From Botryllus schlosseri (taxonomy: Eukaryota): a stretch of DNA of 64,000 nucleotides. Shown piece after piece: positions 48,501-61,428 of this stretch. Both the position numbers and the translations under genes were made by a program. Within the stretch, counting starts at the first letter, position 1. Each line of letters begins with the position of its first letter. A model generated the notes under the pieces. It worked only from the letters and a program-made list of their open reading frames with translations. It made no database searches and was not told the origin of the DNA. The DNA is taken from NCBI GenBank assembly GCA_051294905.1, contig CM119382.1, positions 3,410,001 through 3,474,000 of the forward strand, read 5' to 3'.

Positions 48501-51500
48501 ATGTACTGCCCTTATTTTTGTGTGAGAATCTTTAAAAGAGATTGTACATGTATTAGAGACATTTAGCATGACCTGAAACCCGAAAGTAAGGCTTACATTA
48601 TTTGCAAAATCATCACCTGATTGCCATGTTTTGAGATGATGCCATCTTCCAGTTGCTTGTTGGATTCGTTTCCGCTGCTCTTGAGCGTGCTCATGGTAAC
48701 TGCTTCTCCGTTGCTGCTATCTGCGTTGCCTTTCCGCGAAAAGAGTAATTTGTTTCGCGACATCAGCGCCACGCGTTTACTGCTGTTTGGAGACGCCCGA
48801 TGCCTGAGTGAGCCTTGAAAACAGGAAAGAATAGCAATCAGAGAGATTGGGTTAGTGTTGCCAGTAAACATGTGATAAAAATCAGGGTTGTAATGACTCG
48901 AGTCAATCTATGTATGGACTCGACTTGGACTCGAGCGACCGACATTTAATTGTAATTTCAAAGAATAGTAAAGTAACCACACCATTGCGATTTCATCTAT
49001 TGGTACTGCTACTTGAAAATGCGACCAGAAACTGCTAAAAGTAAGGAAAATTATTATCATATAAATGCGAACCATTAAATATCACCAAACAGAGTTATAA
49101 AAAGTGGGTTTAACAAGACTTTAACTGGAAATTAAGCAGTCAACACAATGATTTGGACTCGAGTCATATTATCATGACTCGGACTCGACCCTCTGCTCGC
49201 TGACTTGGACTCGGACTTGACTCGGCTGTGAATTGAAAATGACTCGACTTGACTCGAGTCAAAACTATAAAAGTGAGATTGACTTGTGACTCGGAGCCGT
49301 GTAACTTGGTTACAACCCTAATAAAAATTGACTCACCCGAATTAACTCTTGGCGATTTAAACTCTTTGACCGGTAACGCGCTATCGGATGGATCGACACT
49401 GTAATTAATCACGGTGGACATGGACAGCTGCGGCGTTTGGCGGGTCGGTGGCGGGTGGGGCACGATATTAATCTGCGCCTCCTTAGCCGGACGCAATTTC
49501 CTACCCCCTTTTTTTGCGCCACCCTTACCGGCCCGGGCCGGCGAAGACTTGGGCCGGGCTTGGGGTGGTTTTTTCGCGGCTCTACCACGGGGGGCTGGTT
49601 TCGGATTGGGCTGTGGTTTAATTACAGGTGGAGGTTTGGGGGTTACACCTTCGCGGGTGTCCAACGTGGACGAAGTCCCGTCATTATACTGAACCTCATG
49701 CCACCTTACACTTTTAACTTCGGCCGAACGTGCCCGGGGCTCTTTGCCGGGGCTGTCATTTTCAGAGGTGATCCCGTTCAGCCATTTTTGCCGGGCCAGT
49801 CCCGCCGATTGGTATGAAGGCTGGCGCGAATAGCTTTGATAATTTGGCGGGGCACTCTCGTATTTTGAGTGTCGACGTAAAATTCCTTTCAAAATTTTTG
49901 TGTCGCCCATTTTTTCACCCGAATTTTCGCTGTCGCCTAAAAAGGAATTATCAATTGTGCGCGAGAATGACGATAATCTAGAATTATCTGAAGTCGAAGG
50001 TCTGAGGTGCAGTTGAGTCTGTCCCAAATTACTGTACCCTGTCCCGGGTACAAAAGTCACGGTGGATGTAGCGTATGTGGGTTCGGTGGTTGAACTCTGG
50101 GATGAACTCTGTTCGAAAAAGGTGGTCACTTTGGTAGCCGTAGTTGAACGTGGGGGCGCGCTTGACACCCTATATCCGTGTCCCGGCGGGGTGATTTCAG
50201 CCTGGGACATTTGTGCCACCTCTGATTTGGGATGGTCCAAAGCTGGTTCGGATTTGCGCGAGTTTTGATGCGTGGAATTTTCAGCTGCGTGGTCCGGTGT
50301 TGAAGTCCAAGTGTCCTGGTACCGCGGTTTTGGCGGGGCAGGTTCGTTCGTGGGCCGGTGTTTTCGGGACGTTTCGAACGAAGAGCTGGGACGGAGCGGC
50401 ACGGACGCATTGGCGGACTGGCCGAAAGTGCTTTGGAATGTTTTGTTGGACACGTTGGCGCTCCAGGGCCGGTAAGCTTTGACGTAATACGTTATCCGGC
50501 CCGTTTGGTTGTCCCTGTAAAATTCAACGTCGAATTACCATATGTTCGACACTAATTACATAAAAACATATTGCTCGATGATAGCGGTCATCAACCTCTT
50601 TATCTTTGCAGAAACCGTTTGGTTTGTCATGGCATTCCGGGACCCCACAAAGTTTTAGTACAAATTTAGCTTAATTATCCTGTAACTGTCATCTGTCTTG
50701 TATAAATAATAACCGAAGTCTACTATAAATTGCTAAAAAATCACTTTTCTCAAGTCAAAAATAATATCATGCTGTGCGGAGTTTGTGAAGACTTCAATAG
50801 TTTCAAACGGCCATTCATTTTGATGTGGACCGTGAAGTTTTAGCAGTTATCAAGCAAAACTCTTTCATATGATCTAACCTCTGAGCTCAGAAAATCATAA
50901 ATTATGTTATGAATCATGCTATGAATCTAGACATGGACCCCCGGTTGAGAATGACTGCCCTAGATCAAGATGGGCGTCTTATTCACGCTTTCCTTTGGGT
51001 GCCTTGCGGTTGACTTTTATCGATAAACACCAACCAAGACTGTGCATATAGGAGTTCGTGTACCAACTAAAAATAGGATATGATTAAGCGCTCTCTTTGC
51101 CTCAATTGTTCGAAATTTCATGTCAGTGACGTCATATTTTGTGACACGATTGTTTACATACAATGTTATTTCCAATTCTCTACTAGTTGCTTTTTTTTAC
51201 CCCTGACGAGTGTCAACTGAAAATATTCAGGTTTATTTCAATATGAATATACTATTCAAGTGCATATTGAAGTTATGTACCTCCAAGAAGCTTTTCAAAT
51301 AATACTTCCAGTCGCGCGGTATTTTTGAATCATTAAAAATATCAACAAATGACTGACTGACCTTTTACATAAAACCCCGGAGTCCGCGCCAACGCTGATC
51401 GGAGTTTGGCTCGGTGAGAAGTTACTCTGCTGTTTTGAAGCCGAATTCTGGGCGTGAGTATAGCTCTGGTAGCCGTGATTACTGCCTGGTGCATCTCGCC

Positions 51501-54500
51501 AAGTCGGTAATCCCGTGTTCCACTGCGTTCGCTGCGGTTGAGCTACTTCTTTTTGACCTTTAACCTCCAAGCTGTCATCAGAGTTTTGCTTTGCGGCCGT
51601 CAAGGATGAATAGGAAGGTTGTGACGATGTTGATATGCTGCTTCCGTGCAAAGAATCTTGCCCGTCGTTTTCTGAAAATATGGGCCACGTTATTGCCACG
51701 GAATACTACTGGCGCAGGATTAATACAAAGTACTGGACTTCAAATTGCAGTCACATTTCAAAACTCACTACCACAGCTAGAGCTACAACTAGTCAGTTTT
51801 CAAAACTTGCAACTAGAACTAGAACTAGTCATATTTCTAAACTCGCTACTAGAACTAGAACTAGTCAGTTTTCAAAACTCGCTACTAGAAATAGAACTAG
51901 AACTAGTCAATTTTCGAAACTCGCTACTAGAGCTAGAACTAGTCACTTTTCAAAACTTACAACTAGAACCAGAACTAGAACTAGAACTAGAACTAGTCAA
52001 TTTTCAAAACTCGCTACTAGAACTAGAACTAGTCAATATTCAAAACTCGCTACTAGAACTAGAACTAGTCAATTTTCAAAACTCGCTACTAGAACTAGAA
52101 CTTGTCAATTTTCAAAATTTACAACTAGAAATAGAACTAGAACTACCGGTAGTCATTTTACCGAAACTCGCTACTAGAACCAGAGCTAGAACTAGTCAGT
52201 TCTCAAAACTCGCTACTAGAACTAGAACTAGAACTAGAACTAGTCAGTTTTCAAAATTTACAACTAGAACTAGTCAGTTTTCAAAACTCGCTATTGGAAC
52301 TAGAACTAGTCAATTTTCAAAACTCGCTACTAGAACTAGTCAGTTTTCAAAATTTACAATTATAACTAGAACTAGTCAGTTTTCAAAACTCGCCACTAGT
52401 ATTAGAACTAAAACTAGTTGCTTTTCAAAACACGCAACCAGAACTAGAGCTAGAACCCATCAAAAATCCGCAATTAACCAACTAAAACACAACTACCTAG
52501 ATTCAATTCAGAATCGAACAATACAAATCCCTGAATTGCAATTTAGCAAAGAAATATTCAATATAGAAAAAGCATTTCACAAGGATCGGGTTTCCGAGTT
52601 TGAAATGACAGGAGTTTCAACCCGCAAAACCCAGCCCCTTGACCCGCCACTGTCGGCTTATCCATCGTCAAAGCACCTCGATGGACGGAGATCAAAATAA
52701 AATATATCTCTTTCTCTCCCGCTATATTGTGATGAAAGACAGCTTTTGCAGCTTACCGTCTGGCAGATTCTCGTCTTGGTCGTGGCCGTGTTTCGGGGGG
52801 AGGTCGTAATCGAGACGCTGAACGCTTAAAATCTGTCTGCGAACATCTTCGGCGTACTCCTGGAAACCGAATTGGGTAACGTTGAAAATAAGACTTACAT
52901 TACTACGCTTTAAAATTGATACAATTATGTCATGAAAAATCTGTGTGCAACTGTGCGAAAATCTTTCAAAGGTAATGATTGAATTCGATCAATGAATATG
53001 TTACTTGCATATATTCGGGATTTGTGGGTCGCCTCTGTATACCACTGGGCTCAGTTGGCAATGACAGGATTATTCGGCGATTAGACATAGCAATATCGAA
53101 GGTTCCGGCGAACATGGCTCTATCATTTTGTGCAACTGTTTCATCGCCAACGATCTCGATGCAAAGTCGCATGCTGGACGACACGTTATCTCCTAATTGT
53201 GAATATAGTTAGACTCGATTCTGTAAATTGCACGTATTTATAATTTTCAGGAGGGGATCCAATACTAAACGCAAGAAATCGAGTGACAAAGAATCATGCG
53301 AAGTGCCGAGAAAAATTTCAAGTCGAATAAATCTGCTGTGAAATATTATACTTCATGGTCATATACAAAGATCTGTGATAAATGTGGCTGGCTGCTAACT
53401 ACGCCAATGCGTCGGAAGTGATCTTTTAGTAATCATCAAAATTCGCATTCAGGGCCTTGCAATTTTACCTGATGTTATGACTAATTTTGAGAATTAACTT
53501 GCGGGCCACACAAAACCTTCTCGCGGGACACGGGTTGGCTGCCTCTTGGCTTAAGCTCTCTTTGCTTCGATTATTCGAAATTTCGTGCTGGTGACGTCAT
53601 ATTTTGTGACACGATTGTTGATATACAATGTTCTTTTCAATTCATTACTGCTGACGATCACCCCGAACGAGTGTCAGCCGAAAATATTCGGGTTTATTTA
53701 AATACGGAGCTCTTAAAATAATATATAATAGTATAAATAGCTGATGTCATGGCGAATAGTGTACCGTACGTAGGTCTAAAGAGACTGACAGCATAAGGTA
53801 AGCTACAGGGAGCAGTATTCCGACATGTGCGGGCGTGTTGGTTCAGTTAAGGTTTAGCGTTAAGGTTAAGATTATGAAGTCATGTGCTCACTCAATTATC
53901 GGCAGTCACAGAAAGTGTAAAATTTGAGCAACTTGTGAATCACTGCAAACCTGTCAGTTCATTCGTATAGTAATGTTATAACTACGGTATTTCAAAACAA
54001 CGCAAGACCAAAGGACAGCAAGGCGTCGTTTTGACCTGATCAAGTACATCGATATGGGGAGTATGCGTTTGAAGACACCAACAAGTTTTACCTTGTTTTG
54101 CTTATGCTTTGTAGCATTCGATTTCGTAGGACCTTACAAAATTTTCGACGCCAACACAAGATTGCGATAAAATGAAAAGATAGGAAGGTGCCGAGACGAC
54201 ATGGATTAGTCTTTGAAATCAGACACCCGCCTCGGCCTAAGCGATATAAATAAGAGGCATGCACACCAAATTAGAAATAATAATAGAAGATAACATAAAG
54301 GGAATGAACTGTGCTGAATAGATGTGATAAAAGTAGTCTGAAGTGGACTGTTAGTGTTATATACATACCATAGATTGCTAAGCTACGGATAGATATAAGC
54401 AGCATAATTGGCAGTGCTATAGCTGGCGACCCGAGTGCTGAAATTTAATATAACTGGTGTTAAGCGGTAGCTAGTGTCGCACTGAGTCCGTAAATACAAA

Positions 54501-57500
54501 TTAAAATCGTATCAGGCAATGGAACAACCCCTAAACATCTCTCAAATTCTGAAAATAGGCATTGTTCGTACAATGGCAGCGCCGCAACACCATGAACATA
54601 ACAATGGCCAATTTCGTCGAGCGATTATTCGGAACAATGCCTATTTCAAGACTTTGAGGCTGTTTTGAGGCGGTTCCATTGCCCTGATAAGATTTTAATT
54701 TGTATTTTCGGAATGAGTGCAACACTAGCTTTCGATCAAGACCAGTTTTATTAAATTTCAGCGCTCGGGTAGCGAGAAATAAGCACTACTAATTATGCTG
54801 CTTTGAGATTGATCAGCAATAAGAGACACTTCTTGCCCAAGAGTAACTACATCCGTAGGCTAGCAATCTGTAGACAAACAGTACTTGGTTGTTTCGGCCT
54901 CCTATCCGTTCTGGACATTGTGTCTTGCGTATTGCATTGTACGTTGTGTGTCTTGAGACGAAGAAAATAACACAACCGCTGATTATGATAGCGAGTAAGT
55001 CACCTTCATATTTTGCCACTGGGTTCTTTCCAATGCTGGATGTCGACCTTGACTCGTGCTCGCGATATTTTGCGACTGGTCAGAAACGCTCGCGGACAGC
55101 CTGGCAGAAAAGATCGCAGTTCACAAAGATTCCAAAAAAGAAGCATGCGCGGTAAGGACCGTAAAGCGTGGTTACTTTGGACAATTCTTCACAATTTCGG
55201 TTTACATCTTCAAAATGCTAGAGTGTTGGGTGGTAAGTGTTGGGTTTTCCTGTGGTTATGGAGCAAGGATTAGAATTAACTTATCCTAAATCATCACGGT
55301 CATGAATAAGTATCGCCACACGGCAGTGAACTGATGTACCACAGAGTCTGTCAAAATTACACAGACAGCTTTCTTGTTTGTTTTGTCTCCAAGACTTATA
55401 AATTTATCGAGCCAATCGTGCAAAATGTCGAATGAGCATACAGTTTTTACATTGTATCACACATATATATATATGTATTCCATCCTATCGATATTACACA
55501 CCATACACATATTATATCACATCACATGTTCTGTCGGGTTGTAATTTCCTATATAACATTACAAGATACTATATGTCATAACCATAACAGTGTTGCCATT
55601 ACATATCTCATTTCCTGTATCATGTTTCAATATAATCTATGGACTGTACTCTGTGTTAATCATGAAATTACCAAGATATATTCTGTTATAGAGGCTTATT
55701 TGGTCAGTGTTGATGAAAGAAGTGTAATTAATTCATCAATGATGGGTCAAGTTTATCTGGTAGTGAAATGAATCCACCTTTTATTGAGACTACTTGTGGT
55801 ACTGTTGCCTCATGAAAAAGAATTGGACATTCAGCGGCAACCCTATTCCATCAATAACCATTTAAATGTGTTACTGCTTAGCGTTCAAAGTTGCCCCCAC
55901 GTCCAAAGTAACCACGCTTTACGGTACTAACAAACTGCTAAAGTAAGCACTGGAGCACTACATAGTCAAGTGGTTATGATTTTAGAATATTTTAACTTGC
56001 ACTTCACAGTTTCCAGGTTTTTAGGCTAAACTAGGCCTAGAATACTTACTTACTAGGATATCGCTAGTTTTACATGTGCTTGAGCAGCAATTTTCAAGAC
56101 GTGTCAAAACTTCTTCAATTGGAAGCACAAAGTGAAATGTTATGATGACAATTTCACTCACGAATGTCATACAAGTATATTCCGAAACTAATTTTTGCTT
56201 AACAAAATGCAATGAGCAAAGAGTGAGTAGTTTTGTCTACAAAACTCATAAGTAAAAGTGGTAGCAGCCAAAACACATGATCACTCAAGAAATGAATGTA
56301 GAGTAGCCCAAACCCTATTGATTACTCCTAAATGGGAGATGTTTTTCATTACTGATCATCTCTGAATAGGAGACGTGCGACAGGGTTGTTCGAAAATAAC
56401 TTTTTTCAGGATTCCGGGGATTCACTGATTAAATTGTTAGGTTGTCTAAAAAAAACGCCTCACGCCAAATTTGGCTCGATTCCGACCAGTAGAAGTCGCC
56501 ACAGAGCCAATTTAAATTGAAAAAAAAAAAAATTAATGTCCCAATGTATGTGTACAGTACTTACTGGTCCCTGGACTGCGAGTTTGAAGATACGGTCGAG
56601 GATTGCTTTGATACCCCGTCACCGTAGCCACCTCTCAATTTCTGTAGCACGTCCTCCAAATACGGCTGAGTGGAGCTTTGCTCTGAAATTGAGCACTCAT
56701 TAAAAATTCATTGCCGCTTCGAGATATATAGCTGATGGTATAATAGGCCTATGAAAATACCAATCGACTGTAATGCTAAGATACTGCACCAAGCCCTTAA
56801 ATTGCATTAGAATTCTAGAAGAAAGGTTTAGTCGCATTTGTTGATTTACAATATTCTTTCCAATTCTCTACTAGTTGTTGACGATTACCCGTGAAAACTA
56901 TCGGCCAAAAATATTTCAATATGAATATATTACTCAATTGTATATCGAAGTTATGTACCTCCGAGAGTCCGTCTAACTATTAGTAAACCAACAAAATATA
57001 CATCTCTTCAACATGCGTGATCAGGATTACTGTTTGAGCTAGTACAAGGGTTGCGATGAAGTTTAGTAGCTATTGAAGCAGTGCAAAATCAACATGTTTC
57101 TAATACACAGACAAATCTTATAATACAGGAGCAAATAATGTCATGAAATATCCATTAACAAAGATACATTGGCATCTATGGGAAAGCTTACCACAGGATT
57201 TAGATCTACCTGTGGCAGGGTTCCTTTTGTCTTTGGCGCCGATGTGAAATCTTTGATATCTTTCAGTAGCTTCGATTTGCCTTTGACGTCTTTTGTATAA
57301 TTCCAGCTCTCTTTTCCTGTTTTCGCGGGCCTCGGCGACCCTTTTTCTGTCGTCCAACGCTCTAAATGAAGAGGGTAATTGGTCGGACTCTATCTTAATG
57401 AAATGACGGACCTCCTACCAACGCTGCGATGAACAATACGTCATTGTCCTGTATCTAATAACAGTTACACAATACTAGAGATAAGATGTCTACACGATGA

Positions 57501-59791
57501 TTATTAGCGAAATCTCATTCAATGGCGAATCGTAAAGAGGCTGAGTGATTCATTGTTCCAAAAGGCTTACCCTCAGAGCTTACTTTGATTCGTGGGCCTT
57601 AATTATGGCTTTTACTACTACTATGGTCTTGCGTAATGTAACTGAAATGCTTTAACATACGTAGCCATGTGGGAATGATATTAAGCGCAATCAACACAAT
57701 AGCTTCAATCCTATTATATCTCAAGAATAATGTCAACAAGTCTACGAGTGCTTCCATTTTTGATGAGGATCTTAAGTTTGTTGTATTATGCAAAGCGTTA
57801 TTCCACTTGATAATGATAACTTCATACTTAGAGTATCTGGATAATATTTTCCTCAATTAAAATCTACCAAATACATACATAGGCTGTCAGTTAACATATG
57901 CATATGAACAAAATTAATCATGCACAATTTATAGTTTGGTTAACATTAAAACGTATCATTACAGTGACACAATTGATTTGATCAGTAAGTAACCATTCAA
58001 CTACTTGGGTTAAGCCGTTAAGCCATAAGCAATATCGTTGGCATGAAATTAAGTTGGTCAATATATAGCCCAGTCTTGGGCATTGAGCACCCCGGGAAAA
58101 GTTACTCGGATTATAGATTGTAAAATATATTAATTAATGTTAATGAGTGGAGAAAAACTACTGAATAAACTGATCCAGAAATGTGTTTACGTTGAAGTCT
58201 AGTTTATTTATTTACAGTGATTATGTAGCCTACATACAATGTGAGTAATCCAGGTTCAGAGTGAAGACAATATAGCAAATTACACGGTAACAATTAAAAT
58301 TATAAGCCGCTGCTTCCATATTCAAGTTCAAATCTAGTTTCTTGCCTGGTCTGTGCTTTAAAGTGTCGCGTGATACGTTTCGAAATCCTAATTTGTAAAA
58401 TAATGCAATCAATGCACGTGATTAGCTGTCGTCCTCACCCACAAACGATGTTGTGTCAAGCAATGACAGATGCAGCTGACGGGCCGACATATCAACAAGA
58501 TTTGGAGCACTACATATTTGTTTACTGAAGTCAGCCGTAAACTGTTTTTTTTTAGTTTATGATAAGCAACAAACATGTCTCCGTGTATTAGGAATATAAT
58601 TTTAGTCGGCGTTATGAGAAAAATCATGCATTGAATAGATACATTCGTACTTGGTAAATAATAAAACTGTAGGATATGGTATTGAATTCCAGTTATAACT
58701 GAAGATATAAACCAAATTATTGATTCAAATTTGGATTGAAGATTAGATTTGAATTCCAATCTGGATATATTCGTGAAATCTAGATAAATGAGTCTTGTAG
58801 GATGGTCGAATGACTATTGTATACAAATATTAACGTGGCATATTTTACTCAAAACTTGGTGCTCACATAATCATTGTACTATAATATTCTGCAATATAAA
58901 CTTTGAACTATATTGAGTTTGGGATAAGAATATGAATATTAAATGAAACAAGTTGAGAAATTGCACGCACTTCGAATAACTTATCCGAGTGCAGAGTTCA
59001 AATTCAATTTTTCAAAATTTCAAGATTTTCGTCAACCCAACAATTTTATCAAGTAGCAAGTAAACTGAATAAAAAAATTTATGAACAGCCTCACTGTACG
59101 GTGGATGCTAATTAGGGGTCTTCAAAAAATGACTTTTTTCTCAAATCGTACTGGCTACTTGATAAAATTGTTAGGTTACCTAACTTAAGCCTACACACCA
59201 AATTTGGTTCAATTCCAACCAGTAGCCGCATTGCTACAGGAGAAGAAAGTTTCTATTTATTATGTAAAAATAAATAATAAAAAATTTGAAAATTTTCTGT
59301 TCACCCCATGAAAGTGTTACGTTGTCTATAGAAACGATGTTCACCAAATTTGGTTCAATTCCAACCAGTGGAAGCGGAGTTATTGCCGTCGAAAAATTTG
59401 GATTGTGAATGAAATAGTATTTACGGTGACCAATTCTTTAATTATTTATTATAGTGGTGCCCACCGTAAATACTATTTTATTCAAATTCAAATTTTTTGA
59501 TGACAATAACTCCGCTTCCACTGGTTGGAATTGAACCAAATTTGGTGTTTAGGCTTAAATTAAGTAGTCAAATAATTTTATCAAGTAGCCAGTACGATTT
59601 GAGAAAAGAAGTCATTTTTGAAGACCCCTAATCCTAATATCTCACTTTCTGCGTTTATTGTTGGCCAAGGATAACTTCTTTGCATTTTCGCGATCTTGTC
59701 TTCTCTTTTCCCAGTCTTCAGGAGTTAGAATGAGAGAGTACGTCTCGTTGCCAACCTGGACGCCATATTTTCGCCCCCCACCACCAGACAT
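42567..59791 (-). CDS. CEP126: CEP126/KIAA1377-like centrosomal protein, ~990 aa, at least 13 exons; 3' end uncertain
   Basis: Exons (minus): 59646-59791, 57192(or 57210)-57361, 56565-56682, 55004-55100, 52757-52859, 51362-51671, 49337-50514, 48617-48813, 45875-46006, 44705-44784, 44230-44403, 43761-43845, 42567-42752; GT-AG and phase-consistent. Recalled CEP126 blocks occur in the expected order: N-terminal coiled coil NAKKLSLANNKRRKALDDRKR...ATERYQRFH, YLEDVLQKL, DSLE, KGILRRHSKYE, VRWHE, TPTDQEIEMLWDKVR, LVEALIEQNVPEEQILNALNS. Confidence 0.75.
43915..44180 (-). mobile_element. Second copy of Meta-type SINE
   Basis: Colinear with 1168-1437 (shared GGATAGCATGGAGGGGTGGTGCAAGACTTAG and CGCAAAA-CATCAAGGACAAAAAT). 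Head has A-box-like TAGTGGAATGGTGAAG and B-box-like GGTACAATCC. Confidence 0.6.
46446..46782. mobile_element. hAT MITE family with TAGGG termini and AATTCCAACC.GTAGAAG core, representative copy
   Basis: Exact TSD ACCCGCAC. Other copies: 7518-8962, ~9097-9260, ~15803-16264, ~20570-21068, 23323-23801 (CTGTACAT/ATGTACAT), ~25180-25710, ~31810-32420, 38696-39111 (CTGTAGAT/CTGCAGAT), ~42815-43190, ~56380-56520, 59113-59630 (ATGCTAAT/ATCCTAAT). Confidence 0.85.
51050..51295 (+). repeat. Abundant ~150-250-bp interspersed repeat with CTGAC-GAGT-GTCAG hairpin (representative copy)
   Basis: Consensus CTACTAGTTGCTGACGATTACCCCTGACGAGTGTCAGCCGAAAATATTCGGGTTCATTTCAATATGAAT...TGTACCTCCAAGAAGCTC. Copies near 12250-12430, 17920-18055, 19600-19860 (two), 21650-21885, 24340-24490, 28190-28290, 29680-29760, 31690-31790, 31970-32090, 34970-35090, 44480-44610, 53550-53700, 56840-56965, 60000-60080, 63140-63220. 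Class unknown. Confidence 0.85.
51770..52460 (+). repeat. Compound minisatellite (ACTAGA)n + ACTAGTCAATTTTCAAAACTCGCT
   Basis: About 17 units of 30-54 bp, differing mainly in ACTAGA copy number; explains the spurious ORFs 51591-52700 and 51635-52177. Confidence 0.95.
58400..58640 (+). pseudogene. Second copy of SPIN/Charlie transposase N-terminal relic
   Basis: Reverse-complement homolog of 6700-6930 with an EYNFSRRYEKNH motif and internal stops. Confidence 0.6.
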
Positions 59792-60466
59792 CAGACTCGT
59801 GCTCCGCGCGCGACGAGTCACAAGAAATTCACAAATTACAGGAGTTAATCAAATAGTATATAGTTCTAGCTGGGTGTTACGATAATTTAACCATTCTGAC
59901 AAAAATGTGATATTAAAATTTGAAATATCTAGCAAAAAACACAATTTTACTATATTACTATATATATACACATTTACACAATATCATTATAAAATGATCT
60001 TCTCAATGCTCTACTAGTGGCTGACGATTATCCTTGAGTGTAAGCCAAAAATATTTAAGTTTATTTCAATACGAATTTATTAATCAATATCAAAGTATAA
60101 AAATGTAAAATATTCATAAAATTCGAGAATCAATTGCTACAAAGTTTCACAAGATTGCAATGAAGGGTATGGCGGCTAATCTTCAAGCACAGAGATCGCT
60201 TCTACGCAGGTGTTGACCGAGTTCAAAGGTGGGTGATTTATTACCAACAAACAACAAAAACCTTTTGAGACATCCCCATTAATCCGTAATGCCTGGAAAT
60301 TAGATTAATTATATTTCAAATAGTCAAATAGTCATTATTTATATCAATACAAATTAATATAATTCCTATAAAGTCTGTAATCTTTCCGATATTAATTCAA
60401 AGGTATAGCATATGTTGGGTAAAACGAAATAACAGCACATCAATCAGTCAAACACATCATTTGTTT

Positions 60467-61428
60467 GGCACTTCTTCGATGGCAGTCAGAGATCGAAAAT
60501 TGTTCACCATGATCACTAATGAATGTTTTCCATGAACACGAACAAAAATTTATAAACGTCAAAATAAATTGTTTTTTGTGCCTTTGGAGAGACGGATATT
60601 AGGGTGGGGGGAAAGGGAGATTGGAGGTGGGTTAAACCCCTGTTAGGGGTAATCTAACCCCAACTTTGAACCTAACCCACCTCCAACCCCCTTTCCCCCA
60701 ACCCTAATATCCCCTCTCCCACAGCCCTAATATTCCCTAACCCTAATATCCCCCCTCCCACAACCCTAATATCCCTCCTCTCACAACCCTAATATCCCCC
60801 TCCAGCTACCCTAATATCCCCCCTAACCCCCAGAGTGGAATCGGTGGCAACGGCACGCACAACGTCACACGAGCCTTTATATTTGATCACGCCGATTAAT
60901 GAATTATGCTGACGTCACAAGGCGATACCATAGTCCAAATCCATAATAAGGCGCTTGCGCTTTACAATGAACGCAAGTAAGCGTGGCATTTGCGGAACAG
61001 CGAAAATACGGCGTAACCCTAATCCTGCATATACCAGGTCTATTTTAGCACATTGTGTCGTTTAATAAGTAATTCAGTATTGAATCAGAGGGAAAAATAT
61101 TTCCGTCACGCGGATGAAATTCTCCAATCACGCGAGAAATTCGTTTGTCACGCACAACATGTTGTTGAAAATAACCACTAATTCCAGTCTGGCCTAACCC
61201 CAACTTTGACCCTAACCCACCTCCTATATACCCTAGTATTCACCTCCCCACCCTAATACTTCAACCCTAATCTTGGGATACCCTAAACCCAACTTTGACC
61301 CTAACCCTCTCCAAACGCAAAAACAATTTATTTTGACGTTTATAAATTTTTGTTCGTGTTCATGGAGAACATTCATTGGCGATCATGGTAAACACTTTTC
61401 GATCTCTGACTGCCATCGAAGAAGTGCC
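60467..61428. mobile_element. Long-TIR non-autonomous DNA transposon, probably Merlin superfamily
   Basis: ~125-bp TIRs starting GGCACTTCTTCGATGGCAG with only a few mismatches; exact 8-bp TSD ATTTGTTT (60459-60466 and 61429-61436). GGCAC fits the Merlin GGNRM terminal consensus. Confidence 0.7.

Noticed and set aside
51591-52700. 369-aa Leu/Glu-rich and 180-aa Thr/Arg-rich ORFs
   Set aside because: Produced by the stop-free ACTAGA minisatellite; no splice context; antisense to CEP126.
59740-59756. RFX X-box-like GTTGGCAACGAGAC in CEP126 exon 1
   Set aside because: Poor match to the palindromic consensus and explained by coding sequence.
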